From an uncultured Candidatus Rokubacteria bacterium (GTDB lineage: Bacteria; Methylomirabilota; Methylomirabilia; Rokubacteriales; DASRDR01), in NCBI GenBank assembly GCA_963826115.1, contig CAWGVS010000012.1, forward strand, positions 48,202-112,201: a stretch of 64,000 nucleotides of DNA, read 5' to 3'. A program made the position numbers and the translations under genes. How positions within the stretch are numbered: position 1 is the first letter of the stretch; every line of letters begins with the position of its first letter. This document shows positions 39,533-48,000 of the stretch, piece after piece. The notes beneath the pieces are model-generated. The model was not told the DNA's origin. It made no database searches and saw only the letters and a program-made list of their open reading frames with translations.

Positions 39533-41223
39533 TCCGTCTTCTCCTTCCAGGTCCGGAGCACCTCGCGGCGGCTCGCCTCGTCCCACTCGGGCGCGAGCGC
39601 CCGCCACTTGTGCTGCCCCTCGCGCCGACCGCGCGCGAACTCGGCCCGGCACTGCCGCTCGGCCCAGCCCTCGCGCATCACGGAGAGGCGGAGCGCGCCC
39701 AGCCGGCGGGACCGCCGCTTCGCCGCGTACTCGACGTTGACGTGGCCCAGCGCCTCGTCGACCGCTCGCGCGAACGCCTCCACGCCGATGTCGTCGAGTC
39801 CGGCCCCGCGCGGCTCGACGAGGAGGTCGTAGCGGCACGCGTCGACGTCGGGAATCATCCGGAGCTGCCAGAGCTCGACGCCGGTCGCGGCCTCGGCCGC
39901 CCGGACCGCCGTCTGCACGTGATTCAGATGGAGCTTCTCGCCGGTGAGGCTCGTCATGTCGCGGCCCTTCCGGACGAAGGCCAGGAGGGGCGTCCGGCGG
40001 TGGAAGCCCCGGACCTCGACGACGTCGTTCAGGTCATAGCGATAGAGCCCGCCGTCCGTGGTGAGCATCACACCGTAGCGGCGGCCCAACTCCAGCTCGT
40101 GCGCGAGGACGATCGGCGGATCGGCCCGGTCCATCGCCTCCTCCGGGACGAACTCGTAGAAGGCCGACTCGACGGCCAGGACGCCGGCCGCCGTGCCGTC
40201 GGCGAGCGGCACGGTCACGCGCCCCTCGCTCGCGACCAGCCCGAGGTCGCGCCGCGGCGCGGGGCCGTAGTCGGCGTCGAGCCGCTCCGCGTGGCGCCCC
40301 GCGTGTCCCCCGAGCCAGCAGCCGACGAGGGCGAGGTCGGGCCAGGCGTCCCCGAGATGGAGCGCTCCGCGCGCGCGGGCCGCCGCGGTCAGGGCGCGCG
40401 CCCGGACGGGATCGGCGCGCAACGCGGCGCCGAGCGCCCGGCGGACAGCCCGGGTGTCCCACCCCGGCTCCGCGTGGACGGTGGGCCACGGGATCCCGAG
40501 CGTGCCGTCGTGGATCGCGCGGAGGAGCGTGTCGGTCTGCTCCCGCGCGAGCGCCGCGAGCCGGAGGAGCGTCGTCGGGTTCGGCGTCCCGATCGTGGAG
40601 ACGGATCGCGCGAGAGCCAGGCGCAGGAGGACGAAGGCGCGCGCGTCATGGTCGACGATCAGGTGCGCGGCGTAGGGCGCGGCCTGACCTCGCCGGGCCA
40701 GGAACGGCAACCGCCGCTGGAGCAGACCGGACATCGCGCCGAACGGCACTCCCCCGGGTGTCGCCCCCTCGACCGCTGGGCTCACGACCGTCAGGAGCGC
40801 GCCGTCGAGCAACGCCGGGTGGTCCCGGGCCGCCCAGGCCAGCCAGAGGCGGACGAGGGCCGCCATGCGGGCGAGCCCGGAGGCGGTCACCGGCACCAGC
40901 TTGGGCTCGGCCGTGGTCCCGCTGGTCGTCGCGAAGGCGACCACCGGCTCGGCGGTGAGCACCGCCGGCTCGCCGGCCACGATGCGGCCGACGTACGGTC
41001 GGACACCCTCGTAGTCCCGCACCGGGACGGCGTGGCGGTAGGCGGCCGCGTCCGGAATCGCGGCGAAGCCGTGCTCCCGCCCGAAGGCGGTGCCCGCGTT
41101 CCGCGCGAGGAGCGCCCGCAGCACCTTCGCCTGGGCCTCCGCCGGCCGCGCGGTCGCCCGCTCGAAGTGGGTGGCGTGCGGCCAGGTCGCCGCGCGGAGC
41201 CCGGCCGCCAGGAGCGCGCCCAT
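39529..41223 (-). CDS. GH3 family protein (acyl-acid amido synthetase-like adenylating enzyme)
   Basis: ATG 41223 (MGALLAAGL) shares one base with the upstream stop (TGATG). FATTSGTTAEPKLVPVT and the overall GH3 layout. Length is 564 aa. Confidence 0.85.
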   Translation of the reverse strand: MGALLAAGLRAATWPHATHFERATARPAEAQAKVLRALLARNAGTAFGREHGFAAIPDAAAYRHAVPVRDYEGVRPYVGRIVAGEPAVLTAEPVVAFATTSGTTAEPKLVPVTASGLARMAALVRLWLAWAARDHPALLDGALLTVVSPAVEGATPGGVPFGAMSGLLQRRLPFLARRGQAAPYAAHLIVDHDARAFVLLRLALARSVSTIGTPNPTTLLRLAALAREQTDTLLRAIHDGTLGIPWPTVHAEPGWDTRAVRRALGAALRADPVRARALTAAARARGALHLGDAWPDLALVGCWLGGHAGRHAERLDADYGPAPRRDLGLVASEGRVTVPLADGTAAGVLAVESAFYEFVPEEAMDRADPPIVLAHELELGRRYGVMLTTDGGLYRYDLNDVVEVRGFHRRTPLLAFVRKGRDMTSLTGEKLHLNHVQTAVRAAEAATGVELWQLRMIPDVDACRYDLLVEPRGAGLDDIGVEAFARAVDEALGHVNVEYAAKRRSRRLGALRLSVMREGWAERQCRAEFARGRREGQHKWRALAPEWDEASRREVLRTWKEKTE

Positions 41224-42365
41224 CAGGCCGCCAGCTCGACCACGGCCCGGGCGTGGCGCCGCAGCCGATCGACGCGCACCCTGACGCCCCAGCCCGGCCC
41301 CGAGAGGAGCGGGGCCTCGCCCCCATGTCCGAACCGGAGCCCGTCGTCCGTCACGTCCTCGACGAGCAAGAGCGTGCCGTACGACCCTTCCACGAAGACA
41401 ACGCGCTCGAGTCCGGCCGCCAGGTGCCGGCCGGCGGCCGCGAGGATCGCGGTCTCGCCGACGTGGCTGCCGACCTGGACCTCGAGCCCGGCCGCCGCGG
41501 CGCGCCGCGCGATCGCCACCGAGCGCGCGAAGCCGCCGCACTTCGAGACGCGCACGTTGATCGCGTCGACGGCGCCGGTCGCGATGAGAGCGTCCACGTC
41601 GGCCAGCGTCACCGCGGATTCGTCCGCCACCAGCGGCAGCGGGCTGTCCACGCGCACGCGCGCCATGGTCTCCGGGCAGCCGGGGGCGATCGGCTGCTCG
41701 ACGCTCGCCACGCCGCACCGGGCCAGCGCGTCGAGCGCCGGACGCGCCTCGGCCGGGCTCCAGGCGCCGTTGGCGTCCACCCGGATCGTCGCGTCGGGTC
41801 CCAGGGCCGCGCGGACCGCGCGGACCCGGGCCACATCGTCGCCGATCCCGACCTTGACCTTCACCTGTCGGAGTCCCGCCAGCCGGGCCCAGCGAGCCTG
41901 GCGCGCCGCCTCGGCGGGCGTCCCGGCGCTGATCGCGCCGCCGTAGACGACGGCGCGCCGGCGAGGCGGCAGGAGGACGCTCGCGGAGCGACGACGGCGC
42001 CGAAGGGCCCAGTCGACGATGGCCAGCTCGAGCGCGGCGCGCGCCGCGTGGTGACGACCCGCGGCCGGCGCGCTGTCGGGCACGAGGCCCGGGACGACCT
42101 CGAGGGCCTCGGGGCTCTCGAGGTCGGGCGCCGCGAGCCCGGCGACCGCGGGCCAGAGGACCCGGGCGAGGTGCGCCACGACGTCCTCGGGCGTCTCCCC
42201 CGTCACGTACGGCCGCGGCGCCGCCTCGCCGAAGCCCTCGACCCCGTCCGCGTCCTGGACGCGGACGACGACCGAGTCGCTCCAGGCCCGCCCGGCGAGA
42301 CTGTGGCGGACCGTCGTGAGAAACGGGATGCGGAGCCGGTACACCGTGGCGCTCACGAGCCGCAT
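41223..42365 (-). CDS. Enolase superfamily enzyme (MR/MLE type: dipeptide epimerase, N-acyl amino acid racemase or OSBS-like)
   Basis: KVKVG..., IRVDANGAW, VEQP and LVADES metal-ligand pattern. The start is ATG 42365, or GTG 42356 (GTGA overlap). Confidence 0.85.
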   Translation of the reverse strand: MRLVSATVYRLRIPFLTTVRHSLAGRAWSDSVVVRVQDADGVEGFGEAAPRPYVTGETPEDVVAHLARVLWPAVAGLAAPDLESPEALEVVPGLVPDSAPAAGRHHAARAALELAIVDWALRRRRRSASVLLPPRRRAVVYGGAISAGTPAEAARQARWARLAGLRQVKVKVGIGDDVARVRAVRAALGPDATIRVDANGAWSPAEARPALDALARCGVASVEQPIAPGCPETMARVRVDSPLPLVADESAVTLADVDALIATGAVDAINVRVSKCGGFARSVAIARRAAAAGLEVQVGSHVGETAILAAAGRHLAAGLERVVFVEGSYGTLLLVEDVTDDGLRFGHGGEAPLLSGPGWGVRVRVDRLRRHARAVVELAA

Positions 42366-43048
42366 GGCGCGCCCTCCCCTTCCGTCAGCGCGAGCGTCTC
42401 CTCCCGGAAGTACCGCCGGAGGAACACGTTCTCGCGGAGCGTCATCTCGACGATCGCGAGCCCGTCCTCGTCGGCGAGCCCGTAGTAGCGGGCATAGGTC
42501 TCGAGGTCCTCGAGACCCTCGGCGGCGTGCTGGACGTCGACGTCGGCGTGCTCGGTCCACCAGCGGAGCGTCGTCGGGCCGAGCCCGCGGTGGGCCGCCA
42601 GGAAGGCGGCGACAGGGCCGGCCAGCCGCGCCAGCATGTACTCGAACGCCACCACCTCGCAGAAGGCCGCGAGCCCGACCTCGCCCAGGGTCCGGTAGAG
42701 CACGGGCTCGACGACGACGCGGCGGATGTCGTCGGCGGCCTGCGCCTCCAGCTCGGGGAGTCGCGGGCCCAGCCCCGCCCCGACGGCGAGCTGCCGGAGG
42801 AGTCCCGGGTGATGGAGCTCCTCCAGGAGGTTGCGGAGCCGGCTCTCGCTGGATGCCGGCGCCGCCACCGCGCAGAGGAAGGCCACATACTCGGTCGCCT
42901 TGAGGTGCGTCCGCACGACGTCGGCGACGAACCGGTCGTAGTAGCGGGGCGCCGCGGCGCCCGTCTCGAGCGCGCGGAACGGGCGCGACGCGGCCAGCTC
43001 CGCCACCTGAGTCTCCAGAATCGCCTCGATGCGGTCACGCAGGCTCAT
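42353..43048 (-). CDS. Iron-containing redox enzyme family protein (heme-oxygenase-like di-iron fold, PqqC/TenA-like)
   Basis: All-helical 231 aa with EELH (ExxH), FEYM and TEHADVDVQH (DxxH) ligand-like motifs. The family call is by pattern only. Confidence 0.55.
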   Translation of the reverse strand: MSLRDRIEAILETQVAELAASRPFRALETGAAAPRYYDRFVADVVRTHLKATEYVAFLCAVAAPASSESRLRNLLEELHHPGLLRQLAVGAGLGPRLPELEAQAADDIRRVVVEPVLYRTLGEVGLAAFCEVVAFEYMLARLAGPVAAFLAAHRGLGPTTLRWWTEHADVDVQHAAEGLEDLETYARYYGLADEDGLAIVEMTLRENVFLRRYFREETLALTEGEGAPCGS

Positions 43049-43060
43049 GCCGGTCCCTCC

Positions 43061-43648
43061 TCACGCGATGGCGAAGATGCGGTACGCGAGCCAGCCGAGC
43101 GCCGCGCCCGCCGGCAGGTCGACGATGTAGTGCTGCTTGGTGAAGAGGCACGAGAGCGCGATCAGCGCGGGGAACGCGAAGGCCCACGCGCCGAGGTGGG
43201 GCTGGAGGTAGAGCGCGGTCAAGGTCGCGACCGAGGTGTGCATGCTCGGGAAGCTGTTGGAGCGGGCGTCGATCCGCTGGACGAAGGCCAGGAACCGCTC
43301 CGACCACGTCCGGCCGCCGTTGAGCGTCCGCCACGCCTCGGGGGTCGCGACGGGGAACACGATGAAGCACGCCATCTGCATGGCCAGAAGCCCGAGAAAG
43401 CTGAGCGCGAGGTACACGAAGTCGCGGGACGACTCGAGCACCCAGTTCGTGTACAGGACGCCCGGCCAGTAGAAGAAGCCGTAGATCCAGGCCCACGCCG
43501 GCCAGAAGGGGATGCGGTCGTCGAGCGGAAGCCGGAGCTCCCGCACGGGCCGCAGCGGGTTCCGCTGGCACCAGAAGTAGAACTGGTACCCGCCGACGAT
43601 CAGGATCGTCCCCAGGAGGAGGTGCACGGCGAAGTCCGTCATGGTCAT
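43061..43648 (-). CDS. PAP2 superfamily membrane protein (AUR1/sphingomyelin-synthase-like PAP2_C type)
   Basis: Multi-TM, with SFPSMHTS and KQHYIVD (HxxxD) motifs. GGGAGGA SD in the 12-nt gap upstream. Confidence 0.75.
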   Translation of the reverse strand: MTMTDFAVHLLLGTILIVGGYQFYFWCQRNPLRPVRELRLPLDDRIPFWPAWAWIYGFFYWPGVLYTNWVLESSRDFVYLALSFLGLLAMQMACFIVFPVATPEAWRTLNGGRTWSERFLAFVQRIDARSNSFPSMHTSVATLTALYLQPHLGAWAFAFPALIALSCLFTKQHYIVDLPAGAALGWLAYRIFAIA

Positions 43649-43660
43649 CTCGGTCCTCCC

Positions 43661-44812
43661 TCACTGCGATCGGCGCGGCTCGGGGTGACGGTGCGCGAGG
43701 CCCGACGCGTCCTGGGCAAGGGCCCGGCCCAGGAGCAGGAACCCCGCGAAGGCGGTCAGATAGGTCGTCGAGAAGCGCCAGAGCAGGTTGTAGTAGGGCG
43801 CGATCGTGGCGGGCACGATGTCGGCCATGATCGAGAGCGAGGCGCTCTCGGCGATGCCGGCGCCCCCGGGCGTCGGCGCGAAGAAGACCAGGAAGATGAG
43901 CGCCATCTGGGCCTCGACGATCTGCCGCACGGTCCCGCCCTCGACCCCGAGGAAGCGGGCGCAGAGGTACGGCGTCAGCGCCCGAGCGAGAAGGAAGACC
44001 ACGCTGAGGAGGCAAACCGCCACGAGGGAGGCCCGGCCATGCCGGAGGAACCGCCGGACGTCGTCGCGGTAGGCGTAGAGGAGGTCCACCAGGCGCGCCG
44101 TCCGCGCGTCCATCCGGTCGACCGCCGGCGAGAGCGCGGGCGCGCCGGGCGGGCGCCAGTCGCGGAGGGCCGCGGGCCGCCCCACGAGCCGCCAGACCGC
44201 GCGCGACAGCGCGGCCAGCACGCGGCGGCAGAGATCCGGCCACGTCGCCCCGACGAGGAGCATCGCGGCGATGGCGGTGAGCGCCCAGACCGGCGCGAGG
44301 AAGAGGAGGCCGCTCGCGGCGATCCCGGAGATGAGGAGCGAGTAGAGCCCCAGCAGGAGGAGCCCGATCAGCGTGCCCATGAAGGACAGGAGCGTCGCCG
44401 TGAGGCCGGTCCCGACGGGGACGCCCCCGCCCCGCTTCAGCATGTAGATCTGCCCGGGGCCGCCCCCGGACTGCGACGGCGTCAGGAGGGCGACGGCGAC
44501 GTTCGCGAACTCGGACTGGAGGCACACCCAGAACGACACGCCGGGATGGAGGACGCGGCAGATGAGCCAGACGCGCGCAGCCGACGCGAGGCTCTCGATC
44601 GGCAGGACGAGGAGCAGCGGGAGGAAGTAGCGCCAGTGGAGGTCGGCGAGCCGCGGCGCGGGGACGCCCGACGCGCGTCCGAACAGCCAGCCGAACACTC
44701 CCACGGTCAGGCCCAGGAAGGCGAGCCCGCCCAGGAGGAGCCGGCCTCGCGACATCGCCGGCATGGTCGACATCTCTCGCTGGTCCATGACCGCCACCCC
44801 AGTCGTGCTCAT
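43661..44812 (-). CDS. UPF0104 / lysylphosphatidylglycerol-synthase-TM-region family, flippase-like membrane protein
   Basis: 383 aa, about 8 TM segments, TPSQSGGGPGQIYML and FAPTPGGAGIAE motifs. AAGGGAGGGG SD before ATG 44812. Confidence 0.8.
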   Translation of the reverse strand: MSTTGVAVMDQREMSTMPAMSRGRLLLGGLAFLGLTVGVFGWLFGRASGVPAPRLADLHWRYFLPLLLVLPIESLASAARVWLICRVLHPGVSFWVCLQSEFANVAVALLTPSQSGGGPGQIYMLKRGGGVPVGTGLTATLLSFMGTLIGLLLLGLYSLLISGIAASGLLFLAPVWALTAIAAMLLVGATWPDLCRRVLAALSRAVWRLVGRPAALRDWRPPGAPALSPAVDRMDARTARLVDLLYAYRDDVRRFLRHGRASLVAVCLLSVVFLLARALTPYLCARFLGVEGGTVRQIVEAQMALIFLVFFAPTPGGAGIAESASLSIMADIVPATIAPYYNLLWRFSTTYLTAFAGFLLLGRALAQDASGLAHRHPEPRRSQ

Positions 44813-44860
44813 CGCCCCTCCCTTGCGCCGGCTGTGCCGTCACGCATGCACCCAGGTGGG

Positions 44861-44875
44861 GCAATCGGGGTGCCA
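44861..44875 (-). promoter_or_regulatory. Sigma-54 (-24/-12) promoter TGGCAC-CCCGA-TTGC for the six-gene operon 44812..38810
   Basis: The reverse complement of 44861-44875 is TGGCACCCCGATTGC (GG-N10-GC, full consensus hexamer and TTGC). It lies about 50 nt upstream of ATG 44812. An AT-rich patch sits immediately upstream, and a divergent EBP-type gene lies 125 nt away. Confidence 0.75.
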
Positions 44876-45000
44876 TGACAAAAGTGTCAACTATAACAAG
44901 GCGTTACGGTCGTGGTCCACGATCACCCACTGACTCCACCGGGTGTGGCGGCGGCAATGGTGGGTGAAACTTCGCCACCCCCGGAGTAGGATGGGCCCCC

Positions 45001-48000
45001 ATGGCCACCCCGCGCCTGGCCGAGCTACTCGGGGACAGCCCGGGGATGCGCGCCCTCCGGGAGACGGCGACGCGACTGCTACAGCGGCAGTCAGAGCGCG
45101 ACCGGTCGCCGTCGGGCGGCGGGCCGCCGCCGGCGGGCCGCCTGCCACCGGTGCTGATCCAGGGCGAGACGGGGGTCGGCAAGGGGCTACTCGCGCGAGC
45201 CCTCCACCGCGCGGGGCCGCGGGCGGCCGGGCCCTTCGTCGACGTGAACTGCGCGGCGATTCCCGAGACCCTGCTCGAGGCCGAGCTCTTCGGCTACGAG
45301 CGCGGCGCGTTCACGGACGCGCGACATCCGAAGGCCGGTCTCTTCCAGACCGCGAACCACGGCACGATCTTCCTCGACGAGGTGGGCCTCCTCCCGGAGG
45401 CGCTCCAGGCCAAGCTCCTGAAGGCGCTCGAGGACCGCGCCGTGCGTCGGCTCGGGAGCACCCGGACCGAGCCGATCGACGTCTGGATCCTCACGGCCAG
45501 CAACGAAGACCTGGCGGCGGCCATGCGCGCCCGGCGGTTCCGCGAGGACCTCTATCACCGGCTCGCGGTGATGGTGCTCGGCATCCCGCCGCTGCGGGAG
45601 CGAGGCGAGGACATCGTTCGCCTCGCGACCCACTTCCTCGGCCGCGCGTGTGCGGAGTACCGCCTGCCCTCGCGCACCCTCACGCCCGAGGCACGGGCGG
45701 CCCTCCTCGCCTACCCGTGGCCCGGGAACGTGCGCGAGGTGGCGAACGTGATGGAGCGGGTTGCGCTCCTGTCCGATGCGCCGGTGGTGACCGCGGAGCT
45801 CCTCGGATTGCCGGGGGCTCCCTCGCCGCCGGGCGCGGCCGTTCCGGGGGAAGCGCCGGACGCCGGGGACGCGGGATCGGCGGCGCTCGCCGACGCGCTC
45901 GGGAGCGTGGAGCGGGTGCATCTGATGGAGGCGCTTCGCCAGACGGGGGACAACGTCACGCGGGCCGCCGCGCGTCTCGGAATCTCGCGGGACACGCTCC
46001 GATATCGCATGGCCAAGCACGGCATGAGTCGTGAGGCTCCCGCGCGCCCGGCGGCGGCGCGGAGCCGGTCCGCCCGCGTCGAGCCGCCGGCCGCGGCCGG
46101 CGGGCGGGCCGTGCCCGCGGGCGCGGCCGCCAGGGATACCGGGGCGGGGCCCACCACCGAGGGAGGCGGGCCACTGGCCGTGCGGTGGGAAGGCCGGCGC
46201 CTCGCGTTCCTCCGGAGCGCGCTCGTTCTGCCGGTCGACGCCGATCCCGGATGGAGCCCGAGCCGCGGGCTCGAGACGCTGGTCGAGAAGATCCAGACCT
46301 TCGGCGGCGCGATCGAGGAGATGAGCCCGACGGGCATCGTCGCGACCTTCGGGCTCGAGCCGATCGAAGACGCCCCGCAGCGCGCCGCCCTCGCCGCGAC
46401 GGCGGTGCACAAGGCCGCGGAGCGGGCGGGAGGCGGCGATGGCGCGGCGGTCGGCGTGCGCTCGGGGATCGCCTTCCGGCGCGTCCTCGTCGGGACCTCG
46501 CGCAGCGGGATCCAGATCGATCTGGACGGCAAGCGCGAGGCCTGGGCGGTGCTCGACGCACTCCTCGGCGCCGCCGAGCCCGGCGCCATCCTCGTCGAGG
46601 AGGCCGCGGCAACCCTCCTCTCCCGCCACTTCGACCTCGTGCCGGTCGGCAGCGCCCGCGCGGGCGGCCCGGTCCACCGCCTGGCCACCGAGCGGCGGGG
46701 CCCGAGCGCCGGACGGCGGCCTCCGACGTTCGTGGGGCGCGGACGCGAGCTCGGGCTCCTCTGGAGCCGGCTCGAGGACGCGCTCCGGGGCCACGGACAG
46801 GTGGTCGGGCTGGTGGGCGAGGCCGGCATCGGGAAGTCGCGCCTGCTGCACGAGTTCCGCGAGCGCGTCCTCGCCGAGCCGGAGCGCCGAGTCACCTACC
46901 TCGAGGGACGGTGCCACTCGTACGCCCGCGCCGTTCCCTACGTGCCGGTCATGGACGTCCTCCGCGCCAACTTTCGCGTCGCCGAGAGCGACAACCCGGA
47001 GACCACCGCCGAGAAGATCCGCGCGGGGCTGGGCGAGGTGGGCATCGAGACCGCCGCGGCCGTCCCCTACCTCTTCCGCCTCTTCGGGCTCCCGGAAGGC
47101 GCCGACGCGCCCGCCGAGCTCCCCTCGGCCGTCAAGGCCCGCACCTTCGAGGTGCTGCGTCAGCTCATCCTCCTCGGCGCCCGCCGGCGGCCGATCCTCT
47201 TCGTCGTCGAGGACCTCCACTGGATCGACTCCACCTCCGAGGAGTGCTTCACCGCGCTCATGGACAGCGCCGCCAAGGCGTCAGCCATGTGCATCGTGAC
47301 CTACCGGCCGGGCTACCGCGCGCCGTGGATGGACCGCTCGTACGTCACCCAGGTCGCCCTGCCCCCGCTCTCGCGCGAGGAGAGCCTGAGCGTGGTCCGC
47401 TCGATCCGGCGGGCCGACGCCGTGCCCGACCGGATGGCCGAGGTGATCCTGGAGAAGGCGGAAGGCAACCCCTTCTTCCTGGAAGAGCTGTCGCGTGCGG
47501 TCGAGGGCGCGATCGATCTCCCGGCGGGCCCCGCCGTGCCCGACACCATCCAGGAGGTGCTCCTCGCCCGGATCGACCGGCTGGCCGACGAGCCCCGGCG
47601 ACTCCTGCAAACGGCCGCCGTCGTCGGGCCGGAGGTGCCGCTCCCGTTGCTCCGCGCCGTGTGGGAGGGGGAGCTCGACGTGCATCTCCGCGAGCTCATG
47701 CGCCTCGAGTTCCTCTACGCGAAGACCGGCGGCAGCGACCCCCTCTGCGCCTTCACCCACAGCCTCACCCGCGACGTGGCCTACGAGAGCCTGCCGCGCG
47801 GACGTCGCCGGGCCCTCCACGGCACGATCGCGCGGGCGCTCGAGGCAATGCACGCCGACCGGCTCGCGGACGTGTACGACCGGCTGGCCCACCACTACGG
47901 GCGGACGGACGAGGCGGCCCGGGCGGTCCACTATCTGACGCTGCTCGCCGACAAGGCGGTCGCGGCGAACGCCCACACGGAGGCGGTCCGGATCCTCGAG

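Noticed and set aside
39529-41718. Long N-terminal extensions in the ORF track (for example GH3 729 aa, clpB 1004 aa, HyuB 943 aa, hom 623 aa)
   Set aside because: The extensions are Arg/Pro/Gly-rich, overlap the upstream genes, and disappear when the start that forms the ATGA/GTGA junction or follows an SD is chosen. Family-typical N-termini begin at the inner starts.
46183-46681. Cyclase-homology domain as an active adenylate/guanylate cyclase
   Set aside because: The positions of the two metal-binding Asp residues, the GDG turn and the Asn/Arg transition-state residues are all substituted in both paralogs. I treat the domain as a degenerate dimerisation or sensor module.
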